Source: Pecten maximus
Lineage: Eukaryota
DNA length: 64,000 nucleotides
Direction: 5' to 3'
Assembly (NCBI RefSeq): GCF_902652985.1
Contig: NC_047028.1
Location: 24,304,001-24,368,000, forward strand
Shown: piece after piece, positions 1-12,933 of the stretch
Layout of the letters: the number at the start of each line of letters is the position of its first letter
Numbering within the stretch: the stretch's first letter is position 1
Program-made: the position numbers and the translations under genes
Notes under the pieces: generated by a model
Database searches by the model: none
The model's input: only the letters and a program-made list of their open reading frames with translations
What the model was told of the DNA's origin: nothing

Positions 1-498
1 AGCTCTCCAGACAACATTCATCATGGCGACGGGCTTTATAATTGATGTTCCAGGGATGTTTAAAGATGAACCCTTGTCAAACCCTGGCAATGTGTGTTTA
101 TACAATACCTCGTTGCAATAAAACGTACCATGCGCGTTCATTGCACGAGAGAGGAATTACGGCTGCATGTTCACAATGGTTTACGTAAGAGATCAACAAC
201 AAACAGCATAGCGAATCGTGTCAATCTTTGGTCGGCTTTATCTTCTGTATCTAAGACAATCTCTCTATCCATCTTGACTTTGTTCAGCAACATTACACGA
301 GCCTTATATGAGCGATTGAAAATCATTGTTTTACAGAGATTATTGCTGAAATGGGAACAAACTACGGGAACGTGTTAGGAATGAGAGATAGCAGAAGAAA
401 AAGAAGGGTAACTAGTCTTTATCCATGTCGGCGTCATTCATTCTCGTTTATATAACATCTTATAGAACGTGATTACAATTTCAAGATCTCAATCCACC

Positions 499-499
<1 letters not shown>

Positions 500-532
<33 letters not shown>
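500..532. repeat. poly-C run (33 nt); similar runs at 7535-7559 (C) and 9136-9167 (G)
   Basis: Homopolymers read directly; the first explains the poly-Gly ORF 481..663. Confidence 0.95.
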
Positions 533-804
533 TTTCCTCGTTCTCCTTCCAACACTTTGTAGATGATATCCACGGCGATGCAGTGTGAAACGATAAATAA
601 AAGGCAATCACGTGACGTAACGCTGTAGCCAAATCCAGGACACCTGAACTTCACAGAAACCAACGTTCTCGAACGTCCGTATCGATGACATGTTCCCCGA
701 AGTTGTGGTTAAAGCAGATTTTATTCGTAACGTTCTGGTCGCGGGAAAACTAGATTTTTTTAATCATATCGTGGTATATAATTTTTGGACAATAAAAAAT
801 TCCG

Positions 805-1120
805 AGGGCCTGTGACGTTTTGAAACCATGACCTTGAGAGACTGACCTTGATGAATGACCTAGATACATTGTGACATTTAGAGAGGGTGACATTGTGAGA
901 GTTTGAAGCCGAGATATAAGGTGACCTTAGTTTACTGTGATCCTGGGAGACGGTAAACTTAAGTGTATGTGACCTTGAGAATTCGTGACCTTGAGAAAAC
1001 ATATTACATTGGGACATTACGTTACCTTGAGCAGCAGAGATTTATAACTTGAGTAAAGGCGACCTTGAGAGATTAAATGACCTTGGAGAATTGTTTGTCC
1101 TTTTGAGATTGTGACCCGAG
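805..1120. repeat. degenerate TGACCTTGAG-rich repeat region
   Basis: TGACCTTGA at 829, 843, 970 and 986, plus several 1-2 mismatch variants, irregularly spaced. Confidence 0.7.
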
Positions 1121-1609
1121 TTATTTTTATCGATGGCTCCTTTCCTCAATAACCCGAAATAGAGTTATGTACTAGTATTACCTCATAAAAAAATGGATTA
1201 TCAGATATGTCACGTCGCTTGTAATCATCCACAATAATACACCTACACGAGCATGTCAACGCACGTGCCAAGTAGTGCACAGCACTTATGTCTCTGTGGT
1301 ACTGCAGCTGGACGATGCACGTGAACATGTTTGTAGGTAAGTCGGAATACACCTAAAGATATGTAGATTATGTCGACAAGGGGGCTTGACGTCGCCGTTG
1401 GGATGCTCGGGTAACCTAACAGGCACGTGCTGAGTACAGTTGCTAGTGTTTGTTTGTAAACATTACTGAATCACACAGTCGTTATTTTTTTGTGGTTGTA
1501 CTCGTGTCAGGGTCAAGGTCAAATATTAACAAATAATAGCACACTTGTATGCAACATTATTTTTGCGTGTGCCAAAAATACTTCTGGTACATGCATATCA
1601 TTTGCATAT

Positions 1610-2273
1610 ACAATAAGGAGCCGCTAGCCTTGGCATTATCACCCTCGCCAAGCTGTTGGTATGAAAACCCAAATTTGATACATATATATCAACCTTATAG
1701 CAAGAGTGTATACCTTGATTTAGATCCAATGTGTGTTTCGCCTATAAATAGGTTGCTAACCTAATATACAGAAAGTTTTGCGGAATAGAGTGGAATGGTT
1801 TCGAAGTTGTAGCTCGGAAGGGAAAGGAAAGGAAACGTAATTTTATGTTTTTGACTATGTTTCCATAGTAACAGAAAAAAAAATATATATAAATGAAATG
1901 GTGTCAATAGGAAATGCCACAAGTAGGGCACTAACCTAATTTATACATAAAACTTTGTGGAGTTTAGTGAAACGGTTATGCAGTATGGGGCCGCGGTGGC
2001 TGAGTGGTTAAATTGTCCCGATACTTTATCACAAGTCTTCAACCTCTGGGTGACGAGTTCGAAATCCAAGTGGGGCAGTTGCCTGGTACTGACCACTCCG
2101 GCTTTCCTCCACCTCTAAACCTGGCACGTCCTTAAATGACCCTGGCTGTTAATAGGACGTTAAACAAAATAAACCAAATCAAAAGGTTATGAAGTTACAG
2201 CCCGGAAAAGCCCCTCGGACAGACGCTCGGACGGTGCCTTTAATATCCACCGCAAACCCGTTTCGCAGGGATA
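1610..2273 (+). mobile_element. Helentron-associated non-autonomous (HINE/DINE-like) element interrupted by a SINE
   Basis: Two diverged core repeats (CTAACCTAAT...GGAA at about 1756 and 1932), a CGGACAGACG microsatellite and a 3' hairpin ending GGGATAA. The left boundary is approximate. Confidence 0.55.
1987..2180 (+). mobile_element. tRNA-derived SINE, family A
   Basis: A box TGGCTGAGTGG, B box GAGTTCGAAAT, tail GACCCTGGCTGTTAATAGGACGTTAAAC plus A-rich end. Degenerate TSD AAACGGTTATGCAGT/AAAAGGTTATGAAGT. Homologous to copies at 46652 and 56740. Confidence 0.9.
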
Positions 2274-3149
2274 ACTATTTATTGCTATACATAGAATTCG
2301 ACACAGGCATTGATTAGGTAAACACCGTACATCTCTGTTAAAATCTTTAGAACTACATTCCTTTCTTATTTCTCTGCTCAATTGACGTTTCCCTATATGA
2401 CATCTAGAGATGTGTATGTTTAGGGAGTTTGGGCGTTTTAGAACAGTTCCCGTGATGTAACATAGACAAGTATTAACACATTACATGACGTAACATGGTG
2501 GATATTAAAGTATTCGCTATCTGAAGAAGACGTGTTTTATTTTATTTTTTGTGTGTGAAAATGTCAACAAATAAACTAACCACATATATTCCGTTTATGA
2601 CTTATTTGCTTTTGTAAATTGGAAAGCAACTTCACCTTAAACAAGAAATATCTTTAAAAAAAATAAACGGCATAGTTTTAATGCTGGTGGTTATAATGTA
2701 AACATGCTGGTGAAATCAATTAACGAACTAATGCGTTTCAGCGGATAACAAAATCATATCAGTTTGAATCATTTTTGGTGATAATAAGACTGCATTTGAA
2801 TCAGGAATATAATTTTATTAATGTGTCATTTGAAAAGATACATCCACTTATTCAGCTCGCATTCAATCTTAACTTTATTTCGTTTTTAGCTGCATATCTG
2901 CATTTTGCATTTACCGCTACATTGACCAATCACATACTTCATCTTGACCAGTAATGCCACCTGTCGCGCCATATCCGGGGCCAAAAGAATATTATACGGC
3001 TATGCCGAAAAACATAGTGCGTGGTATACTGAAATGGTTACAAAAGAGTTTATTTTAATTTCAGAAGCGAAGACTATATCCAATTCAGGTGCCTGAATGT
3101 TAACGTATGAAACGCTGAACAATTTTAAAACAGCGCTACTACCATAAAC

Positions 3150-3640
3150 AATATGTAGACTATATAAGTCAGTACACTGGACAGTCCCATTACCAGGCGG
3201 ACCCTTCTTCCGCAGACATTTCGGGGCTTTCCACAACGACCTCGGCAGCTGCCCTTCCTTCCTGGTCCGGACTTTACAAAGCTGAGAGTTGGCCCTTTGG
3301 AAAGAGTCCGTTTCGTCCTTCTGGCGCTCAAGGATTGCCACAAAAGGACCTGGCCAGTCATCCATGTATACTAGCATTATGTAAGGTTTACCACAGAGTT
3401 CTCACGCAGCATTGTTCTAAATGCGCCATGAAAAACAGGTTGGTTGGACTCGGCAGCACATCTTAGTAAGACACTTAGTCCAATATTTGTTTGTCTTTTT
3501 GAGATCTCTAGAAATGTATGTGTAATTGTATAAAGTGTTGAATACCTGAGTTTATTTGTGTTGGATGTTCTAATGAGAGAGTCATCTCATCAATCATGTA
3601 ACAAAAATAGATTCTGTTTATAACATCTGCCTTCCTAATG
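3150..3640 (-). pseudogene. decayed Academ-type transposase C-terminus (LPPT..H..RA..W..LPSP..W region and Cys-rich finger)
   Basis: Frame-hopping translation gives EHPT..QLHIHF*RS..YWTKCL..VLPSPT..WRI*NN..VYMDDWPGP..AILE..KGSCRGRC..KCLRK..CTDL, in the expected order. Many stops and frameshifts; recognised by eye only. Confidence 0.4.
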
Positions 3641-3663
3641 GAGGCGTTTCTTGACAAAGAGGT

Positions 3664-3703
3664 AAAATGGCTACTTCCGGTGTGACGTATGTTGCAGTTC
3701 CGG
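3664..3703. promoter_or_regulatory. YY1 + ETS + CRE-half motif cluster
   Basis: AAAATGGC, ACTTCCGG, TGACGT and a second TTCCGG within 40 bp. No gene assigned. Confidence 0.3.
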
Positions 3704-4299
3704 TAGTGACAATGACTAACATACAATGACGAGACAGCTTTAATCAATACCACTCTGGCCTTAAATCAATTTTAGATTAATCCCGCTTTGTTGTAGAAAC
3801 ATTCTTATATCGACTACTTTTACCTTTAAAAACTCTTATTTCAGCTGACGGAGAATGCGGTTTTTTTCTCTTCTCTTTTTTGTGCACCAAACGTGTCTAG
3901 AAGGATAATATGTGTTCAAATAAATCAGTTTTAATCAAACATAGATGCATATTTTGAAGTTTTGGTGTATTTTGGAGCGACAGATTTGTTGACAAGAAAA
4001 ATGGTATACCAGCTTTGCACTTTCTTTACGAATACAAAGGAACCAGATCTTAAGATTCAAGTAGGACAATTAGGTGCCATGCAGATCGATGCATATTTAA
4101 TCGACAAGGAACAATCGGGAATAATCGGCATATTTCGTAAGCAAGAACTTGACAACAAACCACAAAGGGCTTGACACCAAGTCCTAAACAATGGTTCATA
4201 GCTACACTCATAACTACACTGTATACATGTATATGGACCGTGTATTAAATGTGTATTCAGGTAAATGTATGCTGAATATGAAAATTTCATGCTCTTGTA

Positions 4300-4405
4300 T
4301 ATTTTGTACATTATTGTTGAAAGGGCTATTAATTAAGTTGCAATAACTTGTGCCCAGTCCTTTTGTCAAACTTTTTGCAATAAAATATGTTTAAACTAAA
4401 CTAAA
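4300..4405 (+). mobile_element. LINE-type 3' tail fragment
   Basis: AAGTTG..TAACTTGTGCC..CAATAAA(A)TATGTTTAAACTAAA is shared with 56470-56540; ends in (TAAAC)n. Confidence 0.5.
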
Positions 4406-5301
4406 CGCGAGTTGGGAGTCCCTGTGCACATGACCACCATTTTCTTATTTTCATGTTATTTTGTATCGACGCTTTGTTACCATGGTGACGGAATCCGCTG
4501 TGTTACCACTAATGATCCATTATGTAGATAGTTGTGAAAATCTTAAGTTGATATATGATCATAAACTGGCTTTCGTCGTTATTTAGACAGTGCATTGCTG
4601 TCTGATGTGCATTCCTAACCTCATTCTGTACGAATTAATTATCATAATTAATCCATATACGTCAACAATGTTTCAATCAAGACAGAAGTACGCCCTCCAG
4701 TCTATATTTAAAACCACAGTTACTGAATTTAAAAATAAAATTGAATTAAATTGTCGTTTTTATAACGACTGTACCTAGCTGAGACGTCGTAGCTCATTCC
4801 GTAAAGGTAGGACCGAAAAAGGCGGTACGTTTCATACTATTGCTTTTAACTTGTCACATATAATTATGTACATGTAACTTGTTCAAATTTCCTCTTTTTA
4901 ACAGCAATATCAAACTCATAAAGTAATGGTTTCAGTTTTTTTTTTTTAATTTTTAATTTAAAAAAAAGTATTTGTGTAACCAAATGGTGATTGCAAATCA
5001 ATGTCAAATTAAAAAAAAAAAATATATATATATATAAACAGTCCATGGTACATGGTACCAGCCATGGTGTCAGGGCCAGAGGAAACTCGGGCTAATTGAC
5101 TTTGGACAGACGCAAGATTACGTAACCAATGATACGCTGCAATAAAAAACATCACCATACTAAAAAGAAAGGTGATACTGATGTAACAAACTTTATCATT
5201 TCATCGATCCCTAATTACATTCCGGGGGAGATTTACTTCGGTCATAAAGGATCCTTTGAAATTTATTTTACCGGCCTCTAATTGCATTCTGGAGATGTAT
5301 A

Positions 5302-5316
5302 TGACGTCACTTCCGG
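5302..5316 (-). promoter_or_regulatory. overlapping ETS-CRE composite motif CCGGAAGTGACGTCA
   Basis: Perfect TGACGTCACTTCCGG on the + strand. Confidence 0.4.
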
Positions 5317-5589
5317 TTTACATGGTTACTGTCTGTGTAGGTTTGTTGCTACTACTCTAAAAGTCATTTCAGCATGGCCTCTGACGTAGTCACCAGTTCC
5401 AGATATACCTGCTCCATATTATGTCGGTCATTTGCATCATTAACGCCGTTCCACTTCAAAATGAGTTTACGGGCTCACAAACATGACTTCAAAATGCCCA
5501 TAGGTAGAATGGAAGAATACGCCAAAGTTACTAGCACAGGGACTTGGGACAAACTCCAAACCCCTGGTCCACTTATTACCTGTGTTGTT

Positions 5590-5670
5590 AGCTTTTGTTT
5601 GCTTGGTTTATCGCCCCGTGAACAGTCAGGGTCATTTTAAGGCGGGGTCTCCTTGTAGTAGTTGGTGACT
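5590..5670 (-). mobile_element. 3' fragment of a SINE related to family A
   Basis: TTTGTTTGCTTGGTTTATCGCCCCGTGAACAGTCAGGGTCATTT resembles the family A tail on the - strand. Confidence 0.5.
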
Positions 5671-5689
5671 GATGACGGAATCGTAAAAG

Positions 5690-6330
5690 GGCTGTTTCGG
5701 GGACATTAAAAACAAAATATCTGGAAATGAAAGCGGAGAAACAGTACATTCATTGCCACACAGTTACTTTGCTTGGGCTTCATATACCGAATCATAACAA
5801 ATGGCCATTTGAAATCTAGAAATCGATGAGCCTCTAGATCGGCTAATGGGTTGACTGAGATAAGAACATGACATAGCTTGGCTTTTATTCTTTGCGGAAA
5901 TTGGTACTTCAACACCTTGGGCAATCCCGACAAGGTTTGTATGCGACCAAGGATCTGTCAGTTTCTGCGGTCAAACCGGTTCGCCTGCTTTTAAATGTAA
6001 AATATTAGGCATAGTTCTTGAAGGACTTGTAGATGTTGATAAAGGCATTCAAAGTCTTTGTCAATGCTCAGCTGGAAATAAAACAAAATCGTCCCCATTT
6101 CCGAAACGAACAACTCTGGTTCAATCGATAGACGAAAATGGCCAAAAACGAGAAAGTGTCGACGGCACCCGATTGGATAGCACGGATTGATTCCAAACTC
6201 TTACGGAATTAGCCGAACTGTCACGATCTGGAGATACACACCACATATTCCCCGTCACTTTGCAGAAGCATTCGAGGAGAAGGATCATTTGCTACTTAAA
6301 TAGATACATGTAAATAGCTAATTAAAAATC
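5690..6330 (+). pseudogene. decayed non-LTR retrotransposon ORF2 fragment (L1/Tx1-like, downstream of the RT core)
   Basis: Frame-hopping gives NIWK..LGLHIPN..SL..WV..WYFNTLG..FLKDL..NEQLWFNR..PDWIARI, resembling Tx1 motifs (FIW..K, GGL.IP, NE.LWFN, W...GI). Many stops; recognised by eye only. Confidence 0.35.
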
Positions 6331-6819
6331 TTCAGTATAAATAATTGTTCGAGAAAATTCACCGACATCTAAATTAGATGTCAAGCAGGCAGACGAAGTG
6401 TTTTGGGGATTTTTTGCTGTACGCCTAGTGCGTTGGAAAGGTCTTTACCCCACTTGCAGAGGTCACTGCCCAAGAGAGATTAAAGAACACAAACCGTAGT
6501 ATTAAGGAAGCATTATTTGACACGCTATATGTGTGTATACGAAATCAACGTGCGTGTTTTTCTCATCAATGGCCACATAACTCTGTATTAACATACTTTA
6601 CTGTCATTAAGGTTTTTATGAACACGAATATCTTTCGGTAATCACATAACAAGCTATCAATATTCAAGCTTGACTGTATCCCAGAATTCATTGCGGTACT
6701 CGTTCCTTGACTTTTCGGCTTGCGTTTTTTCTTCGATTATTTGCTTGAAATATTGGCTGTATGTCGACAAAGTTCATTAATTCCTGAAAAAAGATGAAGA
6801 AATACCGCACTGTGTTACC

Positions 6820-6991
6820 TAGACTGGCCACTAGCCCCTAAGTTTTTTTGTTAGAATCGCTCCACTAAATTATAATACGAGATTATCTCCCCCTATTTTG
6901 AAACTTAGAATCAGACATTTCCTCGAGACCAAAAATATAAACCTAAATTTAATTTATAATTTTGATATTCTAGAGACAGGTGGCCAGTCTA
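6820..6991. mobile_element. 172-bp MITE
   Basis: TIR TAGACTGGCCAC/GTGGCCAGTCTA, flanked by 7-bp direct repeat TGTTACC (6813-6819, 6992-6998). Confidence 0.8.
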
Positions 6992-8327
6992 TGTTACCCC
7001 GCTGTTTGAATTTGGGGTCATTTCAAGCAAACATGGTCAGTACATTAGCATAAATGTTTATTAGATTGTATATACAGGCATATGTCAAATTAAAATGCAG
7101 TAAAATGTTATCTTTAGAAATATAAGTGTTAATTTAATCGACTATGGACTGTACGGTCGTTGTGACCCGCCGTGTGCGTAATTAACATCAATATAAATAT
7201 CTGTAAATTGATGAGGGAATCCTTTGAGGCTCTGGAGGGGGGTCGCGAATAATAGACATACTGGACCGAGCTCGACCATAAATAAAGTATAGAGCAGATT
7301 TTCGACACCTTGGGGCACTTCTGTGTTAGTCAAAAAGACCCTAGAGTGCATTGCGATCTCCATCATATCACCTCCGTATGATGAACGTAGCTTGCAAATT
7401 TAACTCTGGCAAAATTTGGGCTCAATTTTACCTACATTCCCAGGTGATTTCATCCCGCTCCCACATGATCCCCGAGAAAGTTCTTGGGAAAGCCGAGACG
7501 TTTCGCCTTATAAATAGGATCCCTCTCCTCGGCACCCCCCCCCCCCCCCCCCCCCCCCCTTATATACGGAACTGGAACTATTTCTATCCGTTCAGCTGTT
7601 CTATCATATATGATATCAAATAAAAAATATATACGTCATTCAACTTATTAATTGGCACCGGATGTTGACCCCACGATACCGGAAGTACACTTCAGTGATA
7701 CAAGACCCCCACGATTCCATGTATAACGCGATATCTGTTTCTCACATCTCCATGGAGGCCTCGATAGCACTTAGCAATTGGAGCACAGCTTCGTGTCTAT
7801 GATCCTCACGTTAAAAAAGATAGTATAAACATTATTTAATAGTCTCCCTCTCGAGCGAGAAAACTTGGCCCTTGAAATTAATTTATCAACTTATTTTTTT
7901 ATTATTTATGGGATAAACATATACAATCTATATTCGAAACATTTAAATGAAATAAAACTCTTTTTTTTTACCCATCTTTTGACTGAATGAATAATAGATT
8001 CGGCAGAAATGGTTATAAACATAACCGTGTAAGATTGACAGCAGAGCTGTGATTTACACAAATAAGACTGAACGTCGAAATGAAGTTTTCGCTGTGAAAT
8101 GAATTGAACTTTTCCCTGATACCAAAATGTCGGTAATTTACGGTACCTGGTCTGTCTTTCTTCGTTGTTACGTACTCCCGAAAGGATGATATTCAACATT
8201 TCGGAACGAAAAGGAGAAAGGATGATTAAGAATGAATATTGAATGTTTTAGTTATATTATTGATGTGACATTGTTCAAAAGCTATTTATGGATAAGATAT
8301 GGCTGTCATTTGTCATGATGATAATAC

Positions 8328-8551
8328 TATTGTGTTCCGTTATGGTCAAATTTCAAATATCGCTCCTTCGCTCCTTCGACCTAACGCGAAGGAGCGAAAA
8401 CACGATGGCGAAGGAGCGAAAACACGATGGCGAAGGGGCGAAGAAGCTCGAAACTCCTTCGCTCCTTCGTCATCGTGTTTTCGCTCCTTCGCGTTTTGGA
8501 GGAAGGACCGAAGGAGCGATATTGGAAATTTGACCATAACGGAACACAATA
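8328..8551. mobile_element. foldback MITE with long inverted arms
   Basis: About 43-bp near-perfect terminal inverted arms (TATTGTGTTCCGTTATGGTCAAATTTC...) and internal CGAAGGAGCGAAAACACGATGG repeats in both orientations. Confidence 0.85.
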
Positions 8552-9125
8552 TTTTACCGAAAACCATAAACGACAAATTGAATTAGTCAGCTAGTTAACA
8601 TTGGGCCGACATAGTTTTATAGTCGAAATATCAAATATTCTGTGCTCAGATTAAGACTTGTAACAGTTATACCAAAATGTAAATATCATCTATTAAAAAT
8701 GTCTTCTCTGGACATACAAAGAATTAGCAAAATATTCGCTGGAAAGAATAAAGCCAGTCTATCTCAAGAGTTGTCTTGAAGGGTGAGACGATGATGAGTC
8801 CGGCAGAGAACAACATAAAAGAAGTCAGAAAGAAAACGGCAACGAGCCTCGGCGTTCCCTAATTATAAGATCAACCATCTCGGCTTTTGATTCCGAGTCT
8901 TGACGAAATCGGTTGATATTTTATGATTCCAAGATTTGATGAAATTGGCTTGTTTATGTTTCGATTCCGAATATGTTTTGATTCGAATCCCTGCGGAATA
9001 GACCGAGATGTTAGGATTGTGGCGTTTCCGGGTTGTTCTTCTGAGAAACCGGGCGAAGTGACAAGAGAGTTGACACTTGGAAGCCGAGGGAGAGAGGTAA
9101 GCGACCTAGAGGCGATATTTTAGAT

Positions 9126-9168
<43 letters not shown>

Positions 9169-9841
9169 GCTCAGACTATCTCTGCTACCTTAGGTGTGAT
9201 CAAATTAATCTTTGAAGATTAAAAAAATGGGTTAATGATTTACATTTTCCTCCGATAGGCTAGAGCTAATCCAATCAGGATCTCGGAGTCAATCTGCATG
9301 TTATCGTAAATTCTGATTGTCGTATACATGTACTTGAAAAGCAATGCCAGGCAAGCGATTTCAGCTAAAAAAATAACATTGAAATTTGAATCCTTAAGCT
9401 GAGTTATATTGTAAGAAAACAGTGACATTTATCTTTGACATTATATAAATAAAAGCAATTACTTCTAGTAAGAAAATACCTTGCATTTGATTTTGATCCT
9501 CCAGGATTTCAGTTAAGGCACGACTTTCGTTGTATGTAATTAGAAATGTGTATTATACAAAATGTAGGTGGAGAATTAATCAGATATATTTGTAATCTCG
9601 GATATAAAATAAAAACATTGACGTAACCAACGCAACAAAGTTAGGATGTTATCATTCACGGGCGGGGTTTGTATCGCGTGTGTAATCAGTGCACGTGATT
9701 ACATGTAGGTGTGTAGAAATGTTGTTTAAACATAGTTGTTCGCTAAAAAAATGACAACAGGATTGGGCTGTTACACAAAAATGGTGTATTAATAAGTCAT
9801 CATCTTGAATTATATGTATAATGTTCGATATAATCTATACT

Positions 9842-9906
9842 GAAGAAGAAGAAGAAGAAGAAGAAGAAGAAGAAGAAGAAGAAGAAGAAGAAGAAGAAGA
9901 AGAAGA
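9842..9906. repeat. (GAA)n microsatellite, about 21 units
   Basis: Read directly; explains the poly-Leu ORF 9810..10034. Confidence 0.95.
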
Positions 9907-11929
9907 TAATTCAACATGACATGATTAACCAACTTTTTTTTTAAACTGAAGCAAAAATCAAAATGTTTCTCATGCCCTTTAAGTCGACACTTCACATGAA
10001 TGTCTCTAAGATAACACTGTTTGAGAAGAATCATTATGCTTCGTGTCAGGCGGTACGAAATATATAATCAAGATGGCCGACCTTTACATATTTAAGAATA
10101 GTTATAATATTTTTCTCAAATTCTATACATACTAAAGTATTTAGGTGAAAGCGAGATGGTTCCGAGATGACTAGTATTGTTGTATTGTATATCTGTCCTA
10201 AAACATTCGTCATCAATGCAAGAAAATATATTTCAGACAAAAAAATACTCATAGCATTCGGTGGAAGCTTGTGTGAGCAGATAAAAAAAAATCACAGAAA
10301 TTAATTTTTGAAATAGGATATTTTGCTCTTCTTTCCACTTCCACTTATTTATATTCAGATAACCGGTAAAGCCAATTGGCTTCTTGTTGTTAACTAATTT
10401 ATTGATTTATTTTACATATAATTCTTGCACCATCAGTCTTGTGTTACGTTGCATCTAATGATTCTTATTGTCGATGAACCGTAAAACAATAATAATACAA
10501 CTTATATGTTTATAATTGTTTCTCTTACGGAGTCATCGTTAAATATGGCCATGTAAAATGACACCATTATAGTTTTTTTTTGTTTTTTTTTTTCGATTTG
10601 GATTTATCAATATACACAGGTGATTGACGGCCCAATAAGGATGACTGGAACGTTAGGTAGGATCCGTGTATAGTACTTCAAAACTCGTGTCCGGGTGATT
10701 AATCCTGATTTGTGTGGGTACATTCCGGCTGTAAAATAGATATAACAAACAGGATTATCAAAGAATCTGACATTTAGACATAGATTAGTTTTCCCCCTCA
10801 ATATAATGTATGATTAAGGAGTTAATGTATGTGGTCTGAAACACTTAATTAAATATAGCAGATTTTCAATAAAATTCGTTTTATCAATATAGCCCGCTGA
10901 AGGATCGCCTACATACTGTATATTTACCACTTGCCACATACGCATATTGAGAAAAATAATAAATATAATTATGGTAATTAATTTGACCACAAAAATTATG
11001 TGACGGATATAAATTGAAATCAACAACTTAATGAGGTGTCGTAACACCGAATTCATATAATTCAATTTACAGTTGGTGCTGGTGGAAGGTTGGAGATTAT
11101 TTCTCTAGAGTATTTCTAGCATACAGGGACTACAAATGGACCATAGCGTCATAAAATTGTCTTCCTTCGTCATTTGTTTACTATGTTATTTTTTATCAAC
11201 ACAGTGTATCATATGCACTCTGTAATGTGGATCAAAAGGTTAAAGATTTGAATTTCCTGTTGTAATTTTACTATGTTAAATATGCTGTACACATCTGGTA
11301 AGTATTTATAGAACAAATATGAGCCCCTAGTCCTCAACGCATCGTCGGCTCATTGTCGCACGACAACGAAAAATAACACGTTTCTCAACTTTGTGTGCAT
11401 TTGATATTTCAGTCGAATTAAACTTAAATTCAAAGTGAATCGAAGCTCATCCCCACTTCCGACTTTTGCCAGAATAGAAGCTTGTTGATGATTAAAATTC
11501 GGTAAAATTATACGTACGGTATTCATAGTATATAGCTTCCCAAAACTTCTGAAAATGAACTGAAACAAATTCGCTGGTCCATGTAAGTGACACTCTACAT
11601 TATTGCAAGCCTTTTAGAATACAGATTACTCTACATCTGTATTGGGATCAAATATCTATTTTCAATTCCGATCTCTCTACAGTACTGTAGTTACAGTACA
11701 GTATTTATTTGATCAATCTACTGATGTAGATTCTAGATCTACATATATTAATTTGAACCCGTGTTTAATAAATTGATGCAGAAATACGGATCGTAGTCTG
11801 ATTTTAATTCAAATCAATGTTTTCAAGAATGAAGACTGTCATACCTGCTAAAGTAAAGCGTGTCAAGGAAAACTGAATGGAATTCAACCGTAGTAAGGGA
11901 CATAACCCAATTAAAACGCTAATGGAACT

Positions 11930-11992
11930 CTTCTTTGCGGAGGTAATTTTTACTTCCTGGAAAAAGCAATCGCGGACAGTTTGGAGTGACAG
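11930..11992 (+). other. PDCD10: putative non-coding first exon of PDCD10
   Basis: CAG/GTAAAA donor after 11992 in a locally CpG-containing segment; pairs with the TTTTATTTCAG acceptor at 13333. The start is a guess. Confidence 0.35.
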
Positions 11993-12933
11993 GTAAAAAT
12001 GCGATAATTACATACTGTGGGTGATTATAAAGACTTGATTTTAACTTAGAATCTATATTTATATTAAGTTATTAAATTGCATACTTATGATGACATATTT
12101 TGAGGATGATCATGGAAAATACCTTACCTGTTTTGGGACAGTTGACAAGTTGGTCCCTAAGACAAATATACTTCTACTGAAGTACACTATTGGGTGTGGC
12201 CATGATCGTGAACGAATGTTGGTTTTATTACCAAAAATAGTATATCGATTATTTTAAGACTTGTAAGTGGATTCATGTGGATCAAAGATACATACTAATC
12301 AATTAGGCCTAACGACATTCTACGTTTTCAGCAGGTGTGGCAAAATCTGCAATCAGTAGAATGATGCAGTAGGTCTTATTCGAATGTTATGATTATATTC
12401 CACAAATTGTAGTACATCAGAAGGTACTGGCATAGGTCCAAACCAATTCTGTGACAACCAGTGTCCTTGCATGACATACTTTCATGCCTATTTATCTGAC
12501 AAATTTGCTACAGTAGTACTAGTACTGTAATTATCTCAAGTCTGATTAGTAGTAATTATATCATGTTGAATCCATGCCAGTCACATATATATTTCTGACC
12601 TAAATGGATCTCTGGCCCGACCAGTATTATTTGTAATTAGAGTATGGCCTCAATTCTTCTGTTTGTTTGGAAATATAGAAGCCTGGAAGCTAGGGACAGT
12701 CAGGAAGACTAAGGTCAAGAACTCCTGAAGTTTGTTGCCACTGTACATGTAAAGTGGCAACACATGTGTTGTAATTGAAAAAGCATTTGACACTTTTGAC
12801 TGGAAAAGTCTGTCAAAAGTGTCTGATGCTTTTTGGCTATATATACCAATAGCTACCTGAAGTGCAGAGGTGAACTGATGAAAAGTCTTGATCTTGAAAA
12901 GACTCGATTTCCTATGTCATACATTATTTGACT

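Noticed and set aside
1-378. ORF 94..378 and a short minus-strand frame running off the left edge
   Set aside because: No recognisable homology or splice support.
5930-6050. PIF1/Helitron helicase-like LHLKAGEPV on the - strand
   Set aside because: Single short match with in-frame stops and no other helicase motifs; the + strand LINE reading explains more.
9810-10034. poly-Leu membrane-like ORF
   Set aside because: Produced by the (GAA)n microsatellite.
12876-12910. hammerhead-like CTGATGA followed by a stem (also 5669-5690)
   Set aside because: No GAAA after stem II and no stems I or III.
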